64,000 bases of DNA from Octopus sinensis. Taxonomy: Eukaryota. The notes beneath the pieces are model-generated. The model ran no database searches, had not been told where the DNA came from, and saw only the letters and a list, made by a program, of their open reading frames with translations. The DNA lies in NCBI RefSeq assembly GCF_006345805.1, contig NC_043007.1, positions 50,344,001-50,408,000 on the forward strand, in the 5' to 3' direction. Below, piece by piece: positions 14,072 to 24,307 of the stretch; position 1 is the stretch's first letter; every line of letters starts with the position of its first letter. Both the position numbers and the translations under genes were made by a program.

Positions 14072-15115
14072 AAGACAGTGCAACCTTTGTGTCTCCGAAC
14101 TCTTCCATATTTTGTTTGCCAGAGGCCGGATGGTAAACGGGCTCTTACAGTCGGCTTTTCGATGCCCCCATTGGCGGCGTTACACTTATCTGGCCTTTAA
14201 ATAGCGTTTATAAATAAGACCGGCACCCATAGCCCTTGGTAACAAATTCTGAAATAGATTTTAAGATATCTACAATTAACTACTGCAAGGGAAATTACTC
14301 CTGTAAGACAAACGGGGCTTGTTTTTTCACAGCGGGGGGTTTCCTTGTCAAGGTAGGCTTAGATGAACACACACACACACACACATAAAACATAAAATAT
14401 ATATATATAATTTCTTTATTTTTTTTCTTTCTGCCACCCAACGGTTATCACGGCAGTAGCCACTGACAGCCGAACGATCAAACGCACACACGTACACAAA
14501 AAATGTTTTCTACCCCTACGCCAACACACACATATATAGAACAGTATACACACACACACGTCTCTAAGTAGATTTTTTCTCGCCCCTTATAAAACATCCA
14601 ATATTCTTTAAATAGTCAGAACTTATTCTCGGTCACAAAGAACATCTATACACCCTCACCCACATGTTTGACCGATGCCTGACCTGTTGAATTCTTCAGC
14701 CACCGGTTCTCAACATACACTGATAAACAGTTTCGCCATGGGCTCTTAGGAGCACAGTTCGATTTGTTTTTTGCTCTGCCTCTGTTCTGTTTTTGTTTTT
14801 CCAACGGATTTCCTTTTTTCTTCCTGAAGAGAAAGACACAATATGGTCCCATATTCAATCGGATTTTGGTAATTTGTGCCTTTCGAAACACGTGTAGAAT
14901 GAAATAAAACGATTTCTGTTCAATCTGCGTTCAGCTCCATTTCTTCAATTCACCAATAATGTTTTAATTTCAATTATCCGCACCAACGCACGGTTGCAAC
15001 GCCAGATGGTTGTACCTCCAACCGTGCTGTTCACTGCTGTGATTTTTGCTACTAAGGTATCGGTTAAACTTTTGATTAATCTACTACAAGATTATTCATC
15101 TTTCTATTTCACATA
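14072..15115 (+). mobile_element. 3' end of a Penelope-like element (GIY-YIG C-terminal extension + 3' UTR), possibly Naiad-like
   Basis: 14073-14204 encodes RQCNLCVSELFHILFARG...FRCPHW*, homologous to the 57151-57357 minus ORF; UTR carries a hammerhead; (TA)n on both sides. Confidence 0.8.
14817..14904 (+). ncRNA. Minimal type I hammerhead ribozyme
   Basis: TTC-CTGAAGA-GAAAG...CTTTC-GAA-ACACGTGT-A-GAA; palindromic stem III; GUA cleavage predicted after 14896. Confidence 0.85.
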
Positions 15116-15132
15116 ATATATATATATATATA

Positions 15133-15667
15133 TATATAAGAAAATAGTAAAGTGTGAAAAAACGACAGAAGGCTTACATGTTAAAAGATATATATATTTG
15201 TGTCAAAATGTCTGGAGAATATTGAAAAATTTTTTTTCCCTTTCCTTAAAATGACCTAATTTTAAAATTTTTTAAGAAATTACCGGTTTCGCGTGTAGCT
15301 TTTCAAATTTCTTGTGACATTATGTTTATATTGCATGGAATTATCGTTGTTTTTATTTCCAGGAGATTTCTAAATAAGGGGAGGTAGTGAGTGATTTTTT
15401 CCGGTGTAGGGGAGATAATCGCTTAAAAATTTTTTTTCCCTTTTCCTTGTTAATTTCTCTGTGTCAGTATGTTCGGATGGTTGAGTCTGGGTTTGTACTT
15501 TTCAATGAAGAATGTTTCCTTGTTCAGTCTCATTTGTGTTGATGATCCGAAAGCACATTGGTAAAATGGGAAGATTAAAAATTGTGGCAGTAGTTGCTTT
15601 GCGCATTTCTCAATGTGCTCACTAAAAGGTATCATTCTATATTCTGGGAATGCAATCTGTTGTCGAT
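15133..15667 (-). repeat. Inverted 535-bp copy of the PLE 3' end
   Basis: Contains ORF2 C-terminus (ORF 15450-15635 identical to the last 61 aa of 18122-19513) and 3' UTR. Confidence 0.95.
15274..15313 (-). ncRNA. Hammerhead variant (inverted copy)
   Basis: Reverse complement of 19650-19689. Confidence 0.75.
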
Positions 15668-15898
15668 AAGCTACACGCGAAACCGGTAATTTCTTTAAAA
15701 ATTTTAAAATTAGGTCATTTTAAGGAAAGGGAAAAAAAAATTTTCAATATTCTCCAGACATTTTGACACAAATATATATATTTTTTAACATTTAAGCCTT
15801 CTGTCGTTTTTTCACACTTTACTATTTTCTTATATATTCACCCACGTGCTTTACCAAACAAACTTTCTTATCTATATATTAAACACGTGAGAACGAAA

Positions 15899-17254
15899 AT
15901 GCCACAGAAGTCAAACACCTCGGACAAAACCTTAAATGAGGACATACTCAAAGAACTGAAAAATATTAATTCACAGCTTCTTAACCTGAACAACAAAATC
16001 GAGGAATCAAACTTACTCGCCCGGGAAAGTAAAAGCAATGAAGATGCAACCCGTTACACTGACCAGGTGAGTAAGGATCTACAACTGTTATATACAACAC
16101 TGAACTCAATTTTCATCAACAAATCCGAAAATAATACACAGGCACCTAATGAAACACAGCAGGACACCATACGCACCCAAACCAACCCAACAAAAAGAAA
16201 AATAGGAAACGTTTGGAATACAAACCTGCACAACAGAAAACTCACCTTCTGGAACATGATAAAAAATTCCAACAAAGCAGATATCTACGAGGGATGGATA
16301 AACTCAACACCAATTATCCTCCCACGCAAATTCCAGATAAAATTAATTCGTAACGAGCCTGACGGACAGAGATCTATTAGAGAAAAGTCAGCTCTGTTCA
16401 ATTTTAAATCAGAAATAGAGCTTCTAAGACTCAGGGCCTCCACAAATGAAGAAAAACTTAAAAGCATAGACGAGGAGATGCACAATCTAATACTAAAATA
16501 TACCGAGGGACAACCCCTCGATAATACATTGGATCACTGGAAGGATTCCTGTGAGAGAGAAGAGAGAAATTCTCTCCTACGCTGGGAGAAAAACATGGAC
16601 TTCTTCCAAAAATATAGTGAAACCTTCAAAAATGAATTGGGTACAAATAATCCCTTCCTTAAGAAAATTACAATAAATAAAAAAGAAAAACCTAACAACC
16701 CACGAACAACCCCCAACTATCCTCCATACACTAAAAACAGAAATCACCCACAACCAACCTTCACAAACCACGCTAGACCTAACAGGGAACTAGCTGAAAG
16801 AGGACGCGTCTATGAAAGAAATTACACCAAAAACAGAACAAACCAACAACATCCTAATACCAGACCCAACCACCATACAGCACAATACGACACTAGGATA
16901 AGAAATACACCACACACAAATCACTACTACCCCATGAACCAAAACTACTGGTCCCCACTAAACACAAGACAAACGCAAAGAAACACTATGTCAAGCAACA
17001 TCCCACATACAAGAAGTTCGAAACAAAAATATTCCCCATACAGAAATTTTACACACACCACAAGCATTAACAACCATAGATTCCCACACACACACAACGA
17101 TCGGAGGCAACAATACCACCACTCCCCCGACCAAATACCACACAACCTCACAGACAACTCATACAAACAAAATTACACCCAACATTTTTTAGCCAGGGAC
17201 CAGGGACACCAGGACACAGGCTGGAACCTAGTAATAAGGAAAAACCGAAGATAA
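15899..17254 (+). CDS. PLE ORF1: predicted coiled-coil protein with N/H/R/T/Q-rich disordered C-terminus (~451 aa)
   Basis: Uninterrupted frame from ATG 15899 (MPQKSNT...); heptad-like segments (ILKELKNINSQLLNLNNKIEE; LRLRASTNEEKLKSIDEEM). Confidence 0.75.
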   Translation: MPQKSNTSDKTLNEDILKELKNINSQLLNLNNKIEESNLLARESKSNEDATRYTDQVSKDLQLLYTTLNSIFINKSENNTQAPNETQQDTIRTQTNPTKRKIGNVWNTNLHNRKLTFWNMIKNSNKADIYEGWINSTPIILPRKFQIKLIRNEPDGQRSIREKSALFNFKSEIELLRLRASTNEEKLKSIDEEMHNLILKYTEGQPLDNTLDHWKDSCEREERNSLLRWEKNMDFFQKYSETFKNELGTNNPFLKKITINKKEKPNNPRTTPNYPPYTKNRNHPQPTFTNHARPNRELAERGRVYERNYTKNRTNQQHPNTRPNHHTAQYDTRIRNTPHTNHYYPMNQNYWSPLNTRQTQRNTMSSNIPHTRSSKQKYSPYRNFTHTTSINNHRFPHTHNDRRQQYHHSPDQIPHNLTDNSYKQNYTQHFLARDQGHQDTGWNLVIRKNRR

Positions 17255-19513
17255 TCAATCTTTCAACCAAACCTCTTTCTAACATAAAAATTGACATCCT
17301 CGCAAAAGGGCTCAAATTCACACCAACTCCACGCAGAGCAAACCTAAATGAACTCAAGGATAATATAACAGAATTTTGCAGAAAATTAAGACTAGCAGAA
17401 GCATCAAACAGTTTCAATACTGAAGATGAATCACTAGTCAAGAACAAAAGTGAACACATCCCACACAGAGGAAGAAATAAAGATCTTGACGAATTCTGTA
17501 ACCACATTGAGAACTTCCCCTACCATACTATACATAAACAGAAAGCTAACCCAATTTTAACACTACACAATGGAAAGAACTGATAGAACTCCAAAATGAT
17601 GAAGATATAACCATTAAGGAAGCGGACAAGGGAAATGCAGTTGTAATAATGGATACATCATACTACAGAAATCTTGTAATTTCCTTGCTTGATGAAGACC
17701 TACATTATGAAAAAATTACCAACTACACCCCACAAAAAATAATGAAAACTCTATCTTCACTAATTAAAACCCATGAAAAGGAACTGACAACCAAAGAGAT
17801 TGATTTCCTAACAAACTTTAAATGCAAACCTAGCCTTTTCTATGGTCTGCCAAAAATTCATAAAAGTCAAATTATAAATGAAACCATTAAAAAATCACCA
17901 AAGACATACATACACACACCTAATCCGGGGGACCTAAAACTACGACCCATTGTAGCTGGCCCAACCTGTGAAACACACAGACTAAGTCTACTTATGGACA
18001 TCCTCTTGAAACCCTTCCTTAAACATATCGATAGCCATATCAGAGATGACTTAGATATGTTAAACCACCTTCCAAAAAAAACCAAGAAGAAACAATCCTG
18101 GTTTCATTTGATGTAGTCAACTTGTATACCAGTATACCTCATAATTATGGACTGGAGGCAATACAATTCTGTTTAGACCAATTTCCGGAAGAAATACCAA
18201 AAAGGATCAGTAAGGAATTCATTACTAAATCAATTGAATTCATCCTACACAATAACCACTTCATGTTTGACAATACATTTTACCGTCAAAAATCCGGAAT
18301 TGCTATGGGTACAAGGGCAGCACCAGTCATTGCGAACTTAACAATGGGATACATGGAAATAATCATTTACCAGGAATCTCTATCAATCTTTGGAAACTCC
18401 CTCTCTCAATACATAAAAGAGAATTGGAAACGATTCCTAGACGATTGTTTCATTCTCTGGAATGAAAACATAGATAAACTCCTAAAATTTAAAAACCTAT
18501 TGAACAGCATAAACCCAAATATACAGTTCACAATGGAATACAACCAAAAGGAGCTCCCGTTCTTGGATATACTAATTAAAAAAATTAACCTTAAAATAGA
18601 AACAGACATTTTTTACAAAGCCACAGACGCCAAACAATACCTTCTTTTTAATTCATGCCACCCAAGACACACTAAAACAAACATCCCCTTCAACCTTGCA
18701 AGAAGGATATGCACAATAGTGTCAGAACAAAATACCAGGAACTTTAGACTGCAAGAACTCAAAAACACCCTAATTGACAGACATTACCCAGCTCAACTCA
18801 TAGAGGATGGGATCAGACGTGCAACAGAAATCAACATAGAAACTTTAAGAAAAGTTCAACACAACAACACACCTTCCCCGAAAATACTACCTTACATATC
18901 TACATACAACCCCAGAAACAAAGAAGCCTTCACCATCATCACCCAGAATTTACCAATACTTCATAAAAACCCAAAATTAAAGGAAATTCTAAACATACAC
19001 CAAATCATTAAAAGCTACAAACAGCCTAAATCACTTAAAAAGATTCTCACAAAGGCAAAATTGTCTTCTAAAATTACGGATGCAAAAGTAAAAAAATGTG
19101 GTAGATCGAACTGTGCAACATGTCCTAACCTATTGGAAGGATCAGAATTCTTCTTTAAAGAGGGACAGAAATTTAAGATCAAATCTAACTTTACTTGTGC
19201 CTCTGAAAACATAATTTATGTTATTAAATGCTCGGGCTGCCACCAAGACTACGTGGGTTCCACGGGACTATCACTCAGGCGCAGATGCACACTGCATCGA
19301 CAACAGATTGCATTCCCAGAATATAGAATGATACCTTTTAGTGAGCACATTGAGAAATGCGCAAAGCAACTACTGCCACAATTTTTAATCTTCCCATTTT
19401 ACCAATGTGCTTTCGGATCATCAACACAAATGAGACTGAACAAGGAAACATTCTTCATTGAAAAGTACAAACCCAGACTCAACCATCCGAACATACTGAC
19501 ACAGAGAAATTAA
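17185..19513 (+). CDS. PLE ORF2: reverse transcriptase + Cys linker + GIY-YIG endonuclease, with two 1-nt deletions
   Basis: IINLS, ILAKGLKFTPTP, IKEADKGNAVVIMD, LPKIHK, LRPIVAG, FDVVNLYTSIP, GIAMGT, RFLDD, CGRSNCATC, IIYVIKCSGC..YVGST; frame breaks near 17550 and 18085 in short homopolymers. Confidence 0.93.
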
Positions 19514-19649
19514 CAAGGAAAAGGGAAAAAAAATTTTTAAGCGATTATCTCCCCTACACCGGAAAAAATCACTCACTACCTCCCCTTATTTAGAAATCTC
19601 CTGGAAATAAAAACAACGATAATTCCATGCAATATAAACATAATGTCAC

Positions 19650-19689
19650 AAGAAATTTGAAAAGCTACACGCGAAACCGGTAATTTCTT
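19650..19689 (+). ncRNA. Minimal hammerhead ribozyme, U3-A8 core variant
   Basis: AAGAAAT-TTGAAAA-GC(TACAC)GC-GAA-ACCGGT-A-ATTTCTT: 7-bp stem I, 2-bp stem II, palindromic stem III, GUA site after 19682. Confidence 0.75.
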
Positions 19690-19864
19690 AAAAAATTTTA
19701 AAATTAGGTCATTTTAAGGAAAGGGAAAAAAAATTTTTCAATATTCTCCAGACATTTTGACACAAATATATATATTTTTTAACATTTAAGCCTTCTGTCG
19801 TTTTTTCACACTTTACTATTTTCTTATATATTCACCCACGTGCTTTACCAAACAAACTTTCTTA

Positions 19865-19916
<52 letters not shown>

Positions 19917-19921
19917 TATAC

Positions 19922-19953
<32 letters not shown>

Positions 19954-19954
19954 A

Positions 19955-20853
19955 TAGTATTAATAATGATAAGGAGAATGGAGATTTTTCACATCCATAA
20001 TGTTATCTAAGAATTATTTACACCATCTTTTCGAGACCTACAAATGTTTCGACTGCAGCGACTGTACACTGTTAGATTTGCAACCTAGTATCATGGCTGG
20101 TGTAGTTTTACCAGGGTCTACGCTCTCTGACGTTTCGAAGTAAAACTGAAAGAACCGATTAACTGAGTGAATAACGTATCTAGAGTAAGGTAGGGGTACC
20201 GTTATTAATAGGGATCTTAATCTGGGGTTCACCTCTACTAAATGTGTGTAGGTGACGCGAAACATAATCCTAAAAATAGGTCAAGGTTGGATTGAATGCA
20301 TGTGTAGATTTATCATAAATATTAAAAGTTCATTATTCCACTCATTTTCAAGAGTATATTCTTCGTGTAGAGGTATTCTATTACGTTTGATTTGGTTTTT
20401 GGTTCTTGGTTTCTTAATTGTAATTGAAATAATGTTTATTATTGTATAAAGTATAATGTTTATTATTGTATAAAGTATAATGTGCTTATTTAAATTATTT
20501 AAATGTAAATTTTCTTGTATTAAGGCATCTTTGAGCCCGTTCTTGTTTTGTGATTATTAGATTAAATTTAGAAGTAAAAATTTGGTGCAATTCTTCAACG
20601 CCATAGGTCGCATCTCTTATCCTCTATTCTAAAAGATTTAGCGTTGGTAATAATATCCTAGCCTATCGAATATATTTTGTTTCTATCTTTCAGCGACAAA
20701 TCGACTTACTGTGGCTAACAGCGACCAGATCAACTCACCGAGGCAGTAGCTGCGGTCAAAACACGTATAGGTCCCGAAAAGGTGCTGTAAATAACTGTTA
20801 AATAAAATTATAAATGTGAAACGTCTCCGTTCTCCTTATCATTATTAATACTA
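19955..20853 (-). mobile_element. Old PLE-derived relic with inverted ends
   Basis: TAGTATTAATAATGATAAGGAGAA(T/C)GGAGA inverted at both ends, similarity extending ~110 bp; internal minus-strand INLS...LGLCF-like remnant; 24-bp tandem duplication 20431-20478. Confidence 0.6.
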
Positions 20854-21041
20854 TTTCTTGCTCAATGGAACATAATGCAGTCCTGAGAAGGACACTCGGA
20901 TTCACCTAGCGAGGGCCTAACAACTCGGGTAGCACATAAAGACCATTATGGGTAGCTGACATCTGAAACTGACTTGAAAGGAAACATGGTTACCGCCAGG
21001 ACAATTTATCCCTTTAAACTCATGTTGAAATATATATATAA

Positions 21042-21072
<31 letters not shown>

Positions 21073-21256
21073 TACATATACATGCACAGACTCACACACG
21101 CACACACCCACCCACCCACATATATATGTCTGTGTGTATGTCTGCTGATATATATGCATATAAATGTATACATATACAATGTATATATGCATGTTTTATA
21201 TATTATTTTGTTATTATATGATCGAACGCCACGCATCCACTTCCAAGTAAGTTTTA

Positions 21257-21413
<157 letters not shown>

Positions 21414-22105
21414 CATATAAATACAATACATACATATAGTATTACTATTGTTGTTGCTGTTAATATATTAATGTCTTACTAAAGTAGCGCTTGCAATTGT
21501 AAATTCTGGGTTGTTTGCTCTGTCTGGATGGCTGAAAATGTGGCAGCTAGCCTTTAGGTAGAGGCAACGGCCGTCGAGCAGCAATGAAGAGATTGAATTA
21601 CAAGAAAACCAATGGGAAAGAGATTGGGCGCCACAAGGCTAGCAGTTCATTTATTATCGCCAGCCAACTCAACTGAACGCTTTATACATAGATTGATTCA
21701 TGATGCTTTTGCCCAACTATTTTCTTAAGACTCTCGTCATTCGTTTTTCCCACAAACCAACAGCATCATTGTCTTATTCTCTCACTCACACCCACAATAC
21801 ACATATACACACAGATATACTGTTCCAGCCATATACGCACATACACGCTGTCTTTCTTTCTCTCTGTGTCACACGCACACACAAACACACACACACACAC
21901 ACATTCACACACATACACATACACATACACACGCGCGCGCGCACAAAGTTTACTTCCGAAGCCGAGGCGGGTGTATTTATTTGACAGTTCGCAGCACAAC
22001 GAGACATCCGCTGTCAGTGTGGTCGTCATTTTCATTTTAAAATTGATGACAAAAGTGATATTTAATTCCAGTCGCTGTCCCTTAGCAGTCACAAGGTATA
22101 TATGG

Positions 22106-22107
22106 TC

Positions 22108-22140
<33 letters not shown>

Positions 22141-22400
22141 TGTATGTATGTATGTATGTTGTATGTATGTATGTATGTATGTATGTATGTATGTATGTAT
22201 GTATGTATGTATGTATGTATGTATGTATTATGCATCTAAGTATTATATATATGTATATATGCATGTATGAATGTATGTATGTGTATGTATGTATGTATAT
22301 ATGTATGTACGAACGCATGTATGTGTGTATGTATGTATGTATGTACGAATGCATGTATGTATGTGTGTATGTATGTATGTATGTATGTATGTAGGAACGC
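22106..22400. repeat. (TATG)n microsatellite
   Basis: Direct reading. Confidence 0.95.
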
Positions 22401-22537
22401 ATGTTTGTGTGTATGTATGTATAAGGACACAGTACGCTTGTGTCATATAGCCAACTGGAAACGGTGTTTCCTGGAGCTAAATAGCAGTAGCATTCTTCCT
22501 TTACTGGGACTTCCACATCAAGTTGGCAACAAACCAT

Positions 22538-22666
<129 letters not shown>

Positions 22667-22670
22667 TATA

Positions 22671-23066
22671 GGCGCAGGAGTGGCTGTGTGGTAAGTAGCT
22701 TGTTTACCAACCACATGGTTCCGGGTTAAGTCCCATTGCGTGGCACCTTGGGCAAGTATCTTCTACTATAGCCTCGGGCCGACCAAAGCCTTGTGAGTGG
22801 ATTTGGTTGACGGAAACTGAAAGAAGTCCGTCGTATATATGTATGTTTATGTTTGTGTGTCTGTGTTTGTCCCTCTAGCATTGCTTGACAACCGATGCTG
22901 GTGTGTTTATGTCCCCGTTACTTAGCGGTTCGGCAAAAGCGACCGATAGAATAAGTATTGGGCTTACAAAAGAATAAGTGCTGGGGTCGAGTTGCTCGAT
23001 TAAAGGCGGTGCTGCAGCATGGCCGCAGTCAAATGACTGAAACAAGTAAAAGAGTAAAGAGAGAAT
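22671..23066 (+). mobile_element. tRNA-derived SINE, family A, full length
   Basis: GGCGCAGGAGTGGCTGTGTGGTAAG...GGGTTAAGTCCC head; AAACAAGTAAAAGAGTAAAG tail. Confidence 0.92.
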
Positions 23067-23071
23067 ATATA

Positions 23072-23124
<53 letters not shown>

Positions 23125-23142
23125 CATACATACATACATACA

Positions 23143-23174
<32 letters not shown>

Positions 23175-24090
23175 CATACATACATATACATACATACGTA
23201 CGTACGTATATTGATTCGTGATTAAACTGACCAAATATCTAAATCTCCCATTTATTCTGCCTCAGTCAATACTTTGCCAGAATGCCTCTTTGTGCGTGTG
23301 CCTGTGTGTGTATGAGTGCGTGTGGTTGTGTGTTTATATATTTGTAAGAAAAAGGCTGAACGCATTTATGAATGCTTGTGTACATCTTTATTCTTACACA
23401 CATACATACTTGTTACCATCAGTGGGATATAGTAATTATGTGATGGATTAACTTGGTCTAAATTTCGATTTCATTTATCGATCTTTCAGTTAGTCACAAC
23501 TTTGAAAATACTTGGTGTAGGGGCCCTACAAAACATGACTATGAATAAAAAGCGATGTCTGCTTAAGTTCGATTCGTACATAGAAGTTAAAAGGTGTGCA
23601 ACAGGTAAATTATTTCCTACTTTCACATAAAGAGACAAACGCTGGATTATATTCATCACAAATAAGCAATAGGTACTTTATGTTAGCGATCCTGCAAACC
23701 AGCATGAAATAAAAAGCTAAGGCAAAATGTAGAGAGCAGGAAAAAGTTTATTCATTTGTGGGTGCTTGAATGTTTAATTAATTAAGAAAATCGATTTGTA
23801 ACCACGTGATTCTGGGTTCGATCCCACTGTGCGTCACCTTCGACAAGTGACGTATACTGGAACATTAGGTTGACCAATGCTTTGTAAGTGAATATGGGAG
23901 GGAGAAACTGCCCATCGTCTCATTCGATCTATTTATCTCTCTCCCTCTCTCTCCCACACACTCTCTCTCTCTATATATATATAGTTATATAGATATATAT
24001 GCATATATAATATATATAAACACACCCATACACACACATATACATATACACATACATACATACAGACATACTTACATACACACACACATA

Positions 24091-24129
<39 letters not shown>

Positions 24130-24134
<5 letters not shown>

Positions 24135-24307
24135 GATAATAGAAAAGCGAAACCGTTAACCTTATGTTATTTAACTGGATCTATGCGCAAAGCCCAGCAA
24201 TGCTGGAACATATATATATATATACATATTCCAGCATTGCTGGGCTTTGAGCATAGATCCAGTTAAATAACATAAGGTTAACGGTTTCGCTTTTCTATTA
24301 TCACCTT
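24130..24307. repeat. Near-perfect palindrome, 79-bp arms with 20-nt TA-rich spacer
   Basis: 24130-24208 vs 24229-24307, one mismatch. Confidence 0.95.

Larger units (their letters stand above)
15133..19873 (+). mobile_element. Young Neptune-type Penelope-like retroelement: inverted 3' copy + 5' pLTR + ORF1/ORF2 + 3' pLTR, inserted in (TA)n
   Basis: 15133-15667 is the reverse complement of 19296-19830; 15668-15879 directly repeats 19662-19873; only a few mismatches among copies. Confidence 0.95.

Noticed and set aside
22671-22745. tRNA gene (also other SINE heads)
   Set aside because: A/B-box-like heads continue into SINE bodies, are multi-copy and degenerate, and give no complete cloverleaf
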